Positions 36,163-44,421 of a stretch of 50,423 nucleotides of DNA are shown here, one piece after another. Origin of the DNA: a virus (lineage: Duplodnaviria; Caudoviricetes). Each line of letters opens with the position of its first letter. Position 1 is the first letter of the stretch. Made by a program: the position numbers and the translations under genes. The stretch lies in the IMG/VR virus record IMGVR_UViG_3300025030_000147, positions 1 to 50,423 of that record; one strand, written 5' to 3'. The notes beneath the pieces were generated by a model. That model ran no database searches and was not told the DNA's origin. It saw only the letters and a list, made by a program, of their open reading frames with translations.

Positions 36163-37374
36163 TTACGGCTCGGTGTCGAGGACCACGAATGCGTCGGTCT
36201 GCGTGGTAGCGAAGATCGGCGCGCACTGAGTCTCGATGCTGACGCGCTTCCAGTCGCTGCTGACGAACGCCTGGCAGTAGAACGCCTGCGCCGGAATGCC
36301 CTGGTCGGTGCCGCCTTTGACATTGGGGGGCATCATCGGTGCGCTCGGGTCGAAGCCGAACAGTTCGCGGTAGAGCTGTGCGCGCTGCGGCAGCATGGGC
36401 AGACCCTCGTTTGGGCCGAAGTAGCGGTCACACCTGGCTGCGCTGGAGGTGAGCAGCACCTTGTCGGCGGCGATATAAGGGGTTGCGGTGCCGTTGGTCG
36501 CGGTGTAGTATTCCGGGTAGGTGAACAGGTAAAGCTGGTAACCCTGCGGGGTGCGAAGCTCGCCCTGATAGACCATGCCGCCCGCGACGAAGCGTGCAAA
36601 CTTGGCCGGCATGACCGACCCGTTGCCCAGGCTGATGTAGGTGTACCGGCGGTTGTCCGCCAGTTTCTGCACCGTTGCATCCCTGATGAAGCTGGACATT
36701 GCGCCGGAACCGAATACCCCCATATCGAAGGTGATGTGACCGTTCTGCCTGCCCTTGGCATTACCGCCGTCGATGTCGCCCAGGATGTCCGCCGAGCCGC
36801 CCGCCCAGGAGGTACCGCACTGGATGGTGTGCGCGGAGTTCCTGCGGAAGTCGTACTGGAGGTCGGTGTTGCTGGTACCGAGAATGGCATCCTGCTTGCC
36901 GGTCATGATGGACTGCCACGCCAGCACTTCACCCAGGCGCATGATGCGGCGGATGTTCTCGTTGTGGATGCGGGCCGCATGGTGACGGAAACGCTGCATC
37001 TGAGTGATGCCCGAGTTGACGGATGCCTCGCCGGCCACGCGGGTGGTCAGGTTTTCAGCGGTGATGTCACCAGTCTCGATAGCGAGCGGGAACTTACGGG
37101 AAAACGAGGTAAACTGCTCGGTCCTGGCATTCTTCTGGAGCGACCCGAGCGACTTGCTGAAAGTGCCGCGGGGAACCAGTGCAGCTACCCTCTCGTCGCC
37201 GCGGATGATGTCGATGTCCACGGTGTTGGCGTCGGGCATGTAGATGGTGCGGGAACCGCCTGCGGTGTTCCCAAAGAAGCTCAAGCCTGCGGTGGGCACG
37301 CCGATGATCTGTTGCTCATCGTACATGCCGGCGGCAAACCGGCTGAAAAGATCCTGCGGTAACGGAGTACTCAT
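36163..37374 (-). CDS. Major capsid protein (lambda gpE family)
   Basis: TVDIDIIRG...AALV, E.LAWQ...TGK, YDFRR motifs; synteny. Confidence 0.88.
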   Translation of the reverse strand: MSTPLPQDLFSRFAAGMYDEQQIIGVPTAGLSFFGNTAGGSRTIYMPDANTVDIDIIRGDERVAALVPRGTFSKSLGSLQKNARTEQFTSFSRKFPLAIETGDITAENLTTRVAGEASVNSGITQMQRFRHHAARIHNENIRRIMRLGEVLAWQSIMTGKQDAILGTSNTDLQYDFRRNSAHTIQCGTSWAGGSADILGDIDGGNAKGRQNGHITFDMGVFGSGAMSSFIRDATVQKLADNRRYTYISLGNGSVMPAKFARFVAGGMVYQGELRTPQGYQLYLFTYPEYYTATNGTATPYIAADKVLLTSSAARCDRYFGPNEGLPMLPQRAQLYRELFGFDPSAPMMPPNVKGGTDQGIPAQAFYCQAFVSSDWKRVSIETQCAPIFATTQTDAFVVLDTEP

Positions 37375-37387
37375 TTTACCTCACCTC

Positions 37388-37864
37388 CTAGTTTTCGAGT
37401 TTGTTGATGTCAGTGGTAGCTTCCACGAAGATGCCGATTCTTGCCAGGTCATCCTCGATGCGACGGACGTTGACCGCGCCGTTGTCGGCACCAGCCGGAT
37501 CGTCCGAGCAGACGCTGTTGATGGTCAGGCTGTTTTCCAGCACCAGCAGCGAACTGTCGACCGAGCAGCCGTCATACCCGCCTACCACGATGGGGCAGTT
37601 TGCTACGTCACCTGCCACGATGGTGGCTGCTGCGATGTCCTCGCCGATATAGATGCCGCGAGCCGCATTGGAGCCGTCCAGTGCGGCCACATCGGTGAGC
37701 GGAACCCACTTCCTCGATGCTGCGACCTGGGCCATGACGGTACCGAATTTGAGCGCAGCGGCGCGGGCGCCGTCGGTCAGGATGGTTTCGGCATCCTTGA
37801 TGATGGTGGAGCCCCCGGTGAAAAAGGGGAAATTGGTGAAATCAGTTCTTCCCTGTACGGCCAT
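37388..37864 (-). CDS. Head decoration protein (gpD-like)
   Basis: LKFGTVMA...KW....DGS..ARGI pattern; between protease and capsid. Confidence 0.78.
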   Translation of the reverse strand: MAVQGRTDFTNFPFFTGGSTIIKDAETILTDGARAAALKFGTVMAQVAASRKWVPLTDVAALDGSNAARGIYIGEDIAAATIVAGDVANCPIVVGGYDGCSVDSSLLVLENSLTINSVCSDDPAGADNGAVNVRRIEDDLARIGIFVEATTDINKLEN

Positions 37865-37866
37865 TG

Positions 37867-38943
37867 TTAGTTACCCCCTTTGGCGAGAGCGATGGCGGCC
37901 TGCAGGTCGTCCTCGCTGGCTACCGGCTGTGCCGGGTCGTACTGCGCCTGCTGCTGTGCCGGCGTAGCACCCTGCTGCTCGGTAGCGGTCTGCGCGGCGG
38001 TCTGAGCGTTCATCTGCTTCACGGCATCCACAGCGGCGACGGACGAGGTCAGTTCCACCTGGGACGCCTCACCCTTGAGCACCTTGAGGGCGGTCTGCCC
38101 GATGATCGGCGGGTACTCGGTACTCGCCATGATGGGAGCGACGGAGTTGATCACCGCCTGCAGCTCCTGTTTCCCCTCGGTACGGGCGGCATTAAGCGCC
38201 TGGTCGTACTCGGCCTTGGCCGCGGGGTTTGCATCCAGCAATTCTTTCAATGCCATCTGCACTTCCTCCTTTTTGGGTTTTCCCGCGGCCACTGCTGCGG
38301 GGGGTTGAATCGACGGCATGATTGCCATCGCTTGTGCGAAGTCTTTACGGGCCTCTGCCGGGTCAGCAGACCATTTGGCGTATGCCTCATGGTAGATCGC
38401 CTGTGCGGCGGCGAGGCAAGCCTCCTGATCGCCGTCATCCTCGGTTTCGATGATCTCATCCACAAACCCGTGGGTGAGCATTTCGTCACCGAAGAAAAAC
38501 GTCTCCTTGTCCATCATTTCAGCGAGTTCATCCACCGACTTGCCGGTGCGCTTGGCGTACTGCTTGGCGAGCAGACCGGAGAGCCCTTTGGTAAACTGCC
38601 CGTAGGCGAGTATGTCGTTGTGGTCACCCCACACGCCGCCGCGGGCGTTGTGGATCATGTACACGGCGTTGTCGTGAGCCTTAACCTTATCGCAGGCCAG
38701 CGGAATGTAGCTCGCCATGCTCATGGCAAAGCCGGACAGGACCGCCGTGGTTTCCCCACCGTAGTTGCGAATCAGGTTGAAAATCTCCAAACCCTGAGAG
38801 ATAAAACCGCCCGGGCTGGACACGTCAAACTCGACAGCTTCACCGTTGGCGGCCTGCAATTCCTCCCGCACACCCCTCGCAGTGGTATCCCATCCGATGA
38901 TGCCGGTAATTGCTATTTTCTTCGCCAAGGCTACCCCCTTCAT
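37867..38943 (-). CDS. ClpP-like prohead protease with C-terminal scaffold (start may be TTG 38928)
   Basis: SSPGG, AMSMASYI, YMIHNA, GFVDEI. Confidence 0.9.
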   Translation of the reverse strand: MKGVALAKKIAITGIIGWDTTARGVREELQAANGEAVEFDVSSPGGFISQGLEIFNLIRNYGGETTAVLSGFAMSMASYIPLACDKVKAHDNAVYMIHNARGGVWGDHNDILAYGQFTKGLSGLLAKQYAKRTGKSVDELAEMMDKETFFFGDEMLTHGFVDEIIETEDDGDQEACLAAAQAIYHEAYAKWSADPAEARKDFAQAMAIMPSIQPPAAVAAGKPKKEEVQMALKELLDANPAAKAEYDQALNAARTEGKQELQAVINSVAPIMASTEYPPIIGQTALKVLKGEASQVELTSSVAAVDAVKQMNAQTAAQTATEQQGATPAQQQAQYDPAQPVASEDDLQAAIALAKGGN

Positions 38944-38948
38944 AAAAG

Positions 38949-39070
38949 TTATCCACAGGGTTAAAAGGCAAATTTGGAGCTTGGTTTTTCGCTAGTAATA
39001 CCAGCTAATTACACCGCTCGACCTGTGGATAACCTGTGGATTCGTGTGGATAACTTTTTATTTATCCACA
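38949..39070. promoter_or_regulatory. Cluster of DnaA boxes: 4 perfect (38949-57 +, 39024-32 -, 39045-53 -, 39062-70 +) and 1 imperfect (39035-43)
   Basis: Exact TTATCCACA/TGTGGATAA matches. Confidence 0.85.
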
Positions 39071-39095
39071 AAATGCTATTTCTAGGCTCGCGCGC

Positions 39096-39124
39096 ACGGT
39101 ACAACCGACTCATTAAAAAGTCAA
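39096..39124 (-). promoter_or_regulatory. Putative sigma70 promoter for head operon (TTGACT-17-TACCGT)
   Basis: Same architecture as the promoters at 29885 and 43140. Confidence 0.55.
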
Positions 39125-39127
39125 GTC

Positions 39128-39289
39128 TTATTTCAGTAGCGGTATGGTATTGCCGCTTGCCGCCGGAGATGTCGTCACGGATTTGGGTTGCTCGATGGTC
39201 AGATTGTTATCGTTGCCCGATACCGTGACGTTGATGGTCGAGCATCCAGCTAGCGCGACGCCAAAAATTAACAGTAAAAGTTTTTTCAT
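39128..39289 (-). CDS. 53-aa lipoprotein, not in ORF track
   Basis: MKKLLLLIFGVALAG-C lipobox; AGGAG RBS. Confidence 0.75.
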   Translation of the reverse strand: MKKLLLLIFGVALAGCSTINVTVSGNDNNLTIEQPKSVTTSPAASGNTIPLLK

Positions 39290-39524
39290 TTTTCAGTCTC
39301 CTGTATCGCCTGCTCCAACATCTCATCGCACGCATTGGACCAGTATTCGTATTCCGCATGGACCGCGCCGTACCAGGGGTCGTACAAACTGATTGAGTTT
39401 TGCAAATCACCCCACAACTTAGCCTGCTCACAGACGGCGATATGTATTTCTACGTCCATGTAGTCGTGGGCGGAACTATCGTGGGGGAAAGCAGCATGAC
39501 GACGATCATCAGGATAATTTTCAT
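39286..39524 (-). pseudogene. Frameshifted small secreted protein
   Basis: Signal-like MKIILMIVVMLLSP stops after 24 aa; one extra C in the C5 run would join it to a frame ending at the next ATGA. Confidence 0.5.
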
Positions 39525-39688
39525 TTTCGCAGCTCCCATAAGACCTTGACCGCCACCGTGTTGACCTTGGCGGGTGACTCTCCTACTTCATGCCGGACAC
39601 TGGTACCTGCTTCAAGACCCACCGTTTTGGGGCAGGCAACTGACGTGCAGCCGGTCAACAGCAGACACCACACAGCTAACCACCGCAC
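39521..39688 (-). CDS. 55-aa lipoprotein, not in ORF track
   Basis: MRWLAVWCLLLTG-C lipobox; GGAGG RBS. Confidence 0.72.
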   Translation of the reverse strand: MRWLAVWCLLLTGCTSVACPKTVGLEAGTSVRHEVGESPAKVNTVAVKVLWELRK

Positions 39689-40236
39689 GCAGCGAGCCTC
39701 CTGATATAAACGTCGATACCATGATCCTTCACGTCGATACCGCCATCACGGTCGTGGAGGACTACCGCATCGCAGGTATGTTTGTAGAGTATCCTGGGGA
39801 CCATTGTCACGGGGTCGTCGTCACAGACTATTCGAGTGTGCTCGATGGTGGGTGGCGGCGCTCCAAAACGGTAGTCATTTCTGAGGCACCCGAAGGTGGT
39901 CACGGGGAGGCGCAGCGCCCGGGCAAAATTCAGCGCAAGGCCGCCACCGAAAGAATGCCCGGTGACATGGACGTTATTGAGGGAGGCGCCGTACAGTTTT
40001 GCGATAACGTGGTCCCAAAGGACGTGTTCGGCCCGCGCTACACCGCCGTGCGAGAGGTATCCCGATCTACTGCGAAGCGGCACCACGAACAGATCACGCA
40101 TGACGTTGCGCCAGTTAGCCGTGCCACGAAAGACAAGGGTGCTGCCGATCAAACCAAAACGCAGATCCCCGACAGTAGTAAATCGAGGGTCTGCGTCATT
40201 GTAGCTCGCCTTGCACAGAATCGCTTTTTGCAGCAT
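39676..40236 (-). CDS. Class 3 lipase (alpha/beta hydrolase)
   Basis: LVFRGT, HGG, VHVTGHSFGG (GxSxG), TFG, DPVTMVP, terminal DH..Y: full Ser-Asp-His triad. Confidence 0.88.
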   Translation of the reverse strand: MLQKAILCKASYNDADPRFTTVGDLRFGLIGSTLVFRGTANWRNVMRDLFVVPLRSRSGYLSHGGVARAEHVLWDHVIAKLYGASLNNVHVTGHSFGGGLALNFARALRLPVTTFGCLRNDYRFGAPPPTIEHTRIVCDDDPVTMVPRILYKHTCDAVVLHDRDGGIDVKDHGIDVYIRRLAACGG

Positions 40237-40360
40237 CGGTCCGCTCCTTTTCAAGTCGATCACGTTTGGTCCGGCAGGCTACCGCTGGCACCTTAACGCA
40301 CGCATTAAATTTTCCAGCATGTTCGCACGTTCCACCTATGAAGTTGCAGTGCCCTGGCAT
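40196..40360 (-). CDS. 54-aa Cys-rich hypothetical protein, not in ORF track
   Basis: GGAG RBS; bridges endolysin and lipase. Confidence 0.4.
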   Translation of the reverse strand: MPGHCNFIGGTCEHAGKFNACVKVPAVACRTKRDRLEKERTDAAKSDSVQGELQ

Positions 40361-40974
40361 GACAGTATCTCCGTGATCCGGTTGTACCGTGCTTTACGGT
40401 CGTCCAAGCCCATCAGACCACCGTTGATCCTCACCGTGAGCGTTTTCATGTCGACGACATCAGCTAGAGCATTCAATTCTCGTGTTTTCCAGTACCAGCA
40501 CGCCGACTCGACGGCGCCCTGTTTGGTCTTGAGGTAATCGAGTGTTTCGTCTAAGGTCTTGTTGATGCTGCGGGCAAAGTCGGACTGGTTACCCTTACCT
40601 GTGAGTTGGATCAGACCACGGCCACGGTGGCGGTAGCCGTCACCGGACTCTTCAGGACCATTGCCCATCCTGTTGGCGTAGGCGCGGTTACCGATCCGCT
40701 CGGGCTGGCGGGCGTACTTAGCCGCCACATCGGCGGGAAACCGTTTGGGCCAGGTGCGGGTCAGCGCCTCGGCCGAGTAATTAAGGTTTTCCACCAGCTT
40801 GGTAAACCCGATGCTCTCATGACCGCACTGCGCGAGGAATGCGGCGATACGCAGCTTGCTGTCGATGTGGTAGGTGGGCAGGACTGCGTTCAGCGCAGCG
40901 GCCCACTCAGTCGGCTCCTGTGCGGCCGGGAAACATTTATGGAACTGCTCGGCGCTGATCATTGCACCTGACAC
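40336..40974 (-). CDS. Endolysin, glycoside hydrolase family 19
   Basis: AAFLAQCGHES, ENLNYS, YANRMGNG, RGRGLIQLTG, INGG..GL.DR. Confidence 0.93.
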   Translation of the reverse strand: MSGAMISAEQFHKCFPAAQEPTEWAAALNAVLPTYHIDSKLRIAAFLAQCGHESIGFTKLVENLNYSAEALTRTWPKRFPADVAAKYARQPERIGNRAYANRMGNGPEESGDGYRHRGRGLIQLTGKGNQSDFARSINKTLDETLDYLKTKQGAVESACWYWKTRELNALADVVDMKTLTVRINGGLMGLDDRKARYNRITEILSCQGTATS

Positions 40975-41171
40975 TTTTTACTGCAGCGCCGATGCTCTAT
41001 GAAGCAGAGCATACAGGTGTAGACTTTCGGACCCTGGCGAAGTATCTGAATCAAGGTGTAAATTGCAGTGAGTATGTAGACCCAAATCTGCCACTCAATG
41101 CCAAAAAAGCTGGTCGCTGTGATAAGCGCCGGGGGTACTACTTTCACACTCTCGGTAACGACTTCACGCAT
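40959..41171 (-). CDS. Holin (T7 class II-like)
   Basis: PPALITATSFFGI...WVYILTAIYTLIQI; directly upstream of endolysin. Confidence 0.78.
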   Translation of the reverse strand: MREVVTESVKVVPPALITATSFFGIEWQIWVYILTAIYTLIQILRQGPKVYTCMLCFIEHRRCSKKCQVQ

Positions 41172-41186
41172 CAAACACCCCCAATA

Positions 41187-42851
41187 TTATTCATGATCAT
41201 TCAAAAAAGACTCAAGGCGGTCCATCAGATCGTCCACCCGCGAACGCGCCTGCTGCTGACCGGCGGGGGCAGGGGCAGCCTCGGCTACAGCCGCCTGTGT
41301 CCACGGGGCGTTGACGAACCCCTTGTAGAGCGACTTATTCTTTTCGATGTTTGCCGATGCACTGGACCCGTTCAGATCCCTCGCCTCGCGTTCTAGGTTG
41401 CTGACCCCGATCTCGATGTTCTCGCGGCGGGCCTTTGCGGTCTTAGCCGGGTCGATGTCGGGCGGCGGTGTGCCGATCCAGTTTTTCTTGAGCCAGGCGG
41501 CGCGCAGGCGGGGGTCGGACCACCCTGGAGCGACGATACGTCCGGCGGCAATCTCGCCCGACAGCCACATTTCCACGCACGGGTCCAGATAGTCGCTCGC
41601 CATCTCGTTGCGCCAGATCTGGCAGACGCGCCAGAACAGCAGCAGGGTGGCGCGGGAGGCCGAATAGTTCTGGTTGAACTTCATCAGCACGACTTCCAGC
41701 GGAATGCTCAAGCTGGAGGACAGGTGGCTGGCAAACGCATCCACAAAGGTGTCGAACTTATCGCCCGGTGCCGAGTTGGGGAACGGTTTAAGGGTGGACC
41801 CTTTGGTGAGGTTGGCAACGACCATTGACCCCGGTGTGTTACTGGTCGCCTCGGGTATCCTTGACACCGCCGTGACGCCCGGGTACAATTGTTCAACTGG
41901 CTCGGATGGTGTCACCTGACTGACCGGCGGCGCGGCAGGGCCGGCTCCCTGACCGGTCAGGATGCCCTCGAACACGTTGACAGCATCCTCGTCCTCGGAC
42001 GGCTCGATGAACGCCACGAAACCAGCTTGGTTGATCGCCTTTTTGATACTGGCCGCCGAGAAATCGGTGATGTTCTCGAACTCCTGAATTGCGTGCGCCA
42101 GGCGGGAGTATCCGCGGCCTTGACCGGCGTACTCGGGGCGGAACCCGTGCAGCATGAAGATCCTGCCGGACTTGTCGGTGGCGGGGATGGTCACAGGGGT
42201 GAAATTGCCCTCAGTGTCCCTCACCCAAATCTTGTAGCCCGTCTCTCTACCGTTGGCGTCCCGCTCGATGCCGTCCTTTCCGAGTTGGAAACCCCAACTG
42301 GAGGTGTAAGCATCGCCGCGCACCTGGTCGGGGTCAATGAACTCCCACTGCAGGGGATTCTGGAGCCCGGGGTCGTTACTGTAGAAGAACCGCACGAAGA
42401 TGTCGTTATCGCGGTGCTGGAAAAGCTGGTAGAGGTTCTGTGACTGGTACCAGGTCAGGTTCCCTGCGCGGTGCTGTTTCTTGTCGCGCGCCCACAGGTC
42501 GAACCGCTCACCGACATCGTGCGCCCACTCGGCGGCACGCTCGGGAGTGATGCCTAGGATCTCGCAACAGGGGGTAAGTTCTAGGCGCAGACCGGTATCG
42601 GCCACGGTGTCTGCGAACCGCTCCACGATGGCACGGGCCTGCATGGAGTCGTTCATGGCAGCGCGGGCGTTCCGGCGCGCCTCGGTGTGGCTCACGTAGG
42701 TGGTGCGACCGCTGGCTGACAGACCGGCGGGCCACTTGCTGCCCCCGCGGTCGCGGATGGTGAAGGTCGATGCATCGTCATACGCCTGGGGCGCTGCGGG
42801 AGTGCCCGCCCAACCAGACATTTTGCCGGCGAACCAGGAAATGATGCTCAT
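41187..42851 (-). CDS. Portal protein (lambda gpB family)
   Basis: DGIE.D..GR..GY, GQGRG, NYSASRA..L, IDPAK motifs. Confidence 0.92.
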   Translation of the reverse strand: MSIISWFAGKMSGWAGTPAAPQAYDDASTFTIRDRGGSKWPAGLSASGRTTYVSHTEARRNARAAMNDSMQARAIVERFADTVADTGLRLELTPCCEILGITPERAAEWAHDVGERFDLWARDKKQHRAGNLTWYQSQNLYQLFQHRDNDIFVRFFYSNDPGLQNPLQWEFIDPDQVRGDAYTSSWGFQLGKDGIERDANGRETGYKIWVRDTEGNFTPVTIPATDKSGRIFMLHGFRPEYAGQGRGYSRLAHAIQEFENITDFSAASIKKAINQAGFVAFIEPSEDEDAVNVFEGILTGQGAGPAAPPVSQVTPSEPVEQLYPGVTAVSRIPEATSNTPGSMVVANLTKGSTLKPFPNSAPGDKFDTFVDAFASHLSSSLSIPLEVVLMKFNQNYSASRATLLLFWRVCQIWRNEMASDYLDPCVEMWLSGEIAAGRIVAPGWSDPRLRAAWLKKNWIGTPPPDIDPAKTAKARRENIEIGVSNLEREARDLNGSSASANIEKNKSLYKGFVNAPWTQAAVAEAAPAPAGQQQARSRVDDLMDRLESFLNDHE

Positions 42852-43132
42852 CGGCTGTGCCTCCGCAGGTTCATGTTGATCAGACCACGGCCATAGAGTC
42901 GATTGGTGAGCCTGTTGATTTGGGATTCGATCAGGGAAATTTCGCGGGAGAGTTCTTCGGGCGACCGCCTCTTGGTCATCTGTTTTCCCTCTCCACTATC
43001 AAAACTGTAGGTTTCCACCTCAGAATGAGAAAGCGCAGCCAGATACGCCGTGTTGGCGGCGTCTAGCTGCGCTTGTTTGGCTGCGATCTGTGCCGCAATC
43101 TGCGCTTTCTCTGTGGTGGACAGGTAGCTCAT
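42848..43132 (-). CDS. Head completion protein (gpW-like)
   Basis: Size, helix-hairpin-helix pattern and position before portal. Confidence 0.7.
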   Translation of the reverse strand: MSYLSTTEKAQIAAQIAAKQAQLDAANTAYLAALSHSEVETYSFDSGEGKQMTKRRSPEELSREISLIESQINRLTNRLYGRGLINMNLRRHSR

Positions 43133-43139
43133 GGCGCGC

Positions 43140-43168
43140 AGGGTACAGTGCGCTCATGAGAAAGTCAA
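43140..43168 (-). promoter_or_regulatory. Putative sigma70 promoter (TTGACT-17-TACCCT), 7 nt before ATG
   Basis: Spacing; AT-rich upstream; no SD before gene. Confidence 0.55.
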
Positions 43169-43184
43169 GAAATTAATTAAACAT

Positions 43185-43319
43185 CTACCAGTTGATCTTC
43201 ATGTCGATCTTGCGACCCTTCCATAACAGATAAAGGAAAAGTACCCCAAGTGCAATAAGGAACACAATCACGGTGCAACCAAAAACTTGCAGCAGAGTGA
43301 TAACCTTTTCGGGTATCAT
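43185..43319 (-). CDS. 44-aa single-TM protein, not in ORF track
   Basis: Long hydrophobic stretch followed by basic tail. Confidence 0.5.
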   Translation of the reverse strand: MIPEKVITLLQVFGCTVIVFLIALGVLFLYLLWKGRKIDMKINW

Positions 43320-43324
43320 TACCG

Positions 43325-43477
43325 TCACGACGCCTCCCTTGTAGCCGCCGCGGCACGCATGATCGCCGCCTTGCGCCTAGCCTGGCAGTCCTCTACCATC
43401 ACCATGAACTTCATCATCAACCCGTTGTATCCAATACACCCGCATGTCGACATATCCCGCCACGTTTTACGCTCCAT
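43325..43477 (-). CDS. Small hypothetical protein (MERKTWRD...)
   Basis: AGGAGGT RBS. Confidence 0.45.
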   Translation of the reverse strand: MERKTWRDMSTCGCIGYNGLMMKFMVMVEDCQARRKAAIMRAAAATREAS

Positions 43478-43781
43478 CACCACACCTCCTGACGAATTTT
43501 CCGTTGATGTGCGGTATCGTGCCGCACTGGTACGCCGCCCCCGACTGAGTCGACCCGCAGTACGGACAGACGGGCGGTATGGGTGTCTCTTCCGGCTCAA
43601 TGCCGCTGATACACCGGTCCTTGACGTACTCGCTGATCGACATCTTGCGCCGGAATGCGCGCCGCCGGAACTCTTCCTTTTCATGGGTGGTCACCCTGAT
43701 CTGGAGTTGCGAGTCGGCGGTATCATCCTTGCTGGTTCCTGACGGACGACCTGCCCCCTTTCTTGCACCGCCGCTAGGCAC
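43467..43781 (-). CDS. Ribbon-helix-helix-type DNA-binding protein with C-terminal zinc ribbon
   Basis: GGARKGAGRP, LQIRVT..EKEEF...MSISEYV, CPYCG. Confidence 0.7.
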   Translation of the reverse strand: MPSGGARKGAGRPSGTSKDDTADSQLQIRVTTHEKEEFRRRAFRRKMSISEYVKDRCISGIEPEETPIPPVCPYCGSTQSGAAYQCGTIPHINGKFVRRCGDGA

Positions 43782-44376
43782 TGTTCACCTCCAATTTGTT
43801 GTGTTTACTCATATTTTCGGATGCGGTTATCACTTGAAGATTCCAAGGTACGTGCAACCCGCTTACGTTTTCACCCTGTAGCGGAACTATGTGATCTACA
43901 TGGTACTGTACCCCCAAAGCATCGCTCAACATTTTTGAATAGAGATAAAAAGCCTCTATCTGAACTAAATGATCTTCCGTAAGCCATTTAGGGGTACGTT
44001 GTATCTTAGATAATTGATATTTACGGGTGTAGTGCAACATTTTATGAGAGTTTTTACTACGCCACTCACGATTAACTTCAAGTATCCTATCCTTATTTTC
44101 CTTGTATATTTTCTGATGACGTTCTTTTTCTTTATCCTTGTTTCTGGCGTACCACTCTTTTTGGGCTTTTAACTGCTTTTCTTTATTCTTAGCAGTCCAC
44201 GCATCGCTGGCAGCTTTTCTTTTTATTTTACAACGCCTTGCATCAATTTCTTTTTTCTTTTCCTTGTTATTAGAAGCCCACGCTTTATTTCTAGCACGTA
44301 GGCAAGTTTTACATGTGCCGTTTTTGTAGACGTTTTCAGGAACCAAAGGATGACCGTTTACGCAGTGTGTTTTCAT
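43774..44376 (-). CDS. HNH homing endonuclease
   Basis: HVDHIVPL.G..VSGLHVPWNLQVI...N..K.N; AT-rich. Confidence 0.9.
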   Translation of the reverse strand: MKTHCVNGHPLVPENVYKNGTCKTCLRARNKAWASNNKEKKKEIDARRCKIKRKAASDAWTAKNKEKQLKAQKEWYARNKDKEKERHQKIYKENKDRILEVNREWRSKNSHKMLHYTRKYQLSKIQRTPKWLTEDHLVQIEAFYLYSKMLSDALGVQYHVDHIVPLQGENVSGLHVPWNLQVITASENMSKHNKLEVNSA

Positions 44377-44383
44377 GGATTAC

Positions 44384-44412
44384 AAAATAATTTATTTTAG
44401 ATTTAATGTCAA
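44384..44412 (-). promoter_or_regulatory. Sigma70 promoter (TTGACA-17-TATTTT), 7 nt before HNH ATG
   Basis: Perfect -35, spacing. Confidence 0.6.
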
Positions 44413-44421
44413 TACTTATTT

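Noticed and set aside
39128-39688. Canonical Rz/Rz1 or u-spanin call for the lipoproteins
   Set aside because: No TM-anchored coiled-coil partner, not Pro-rich, and no convincing C-terminal TM helix
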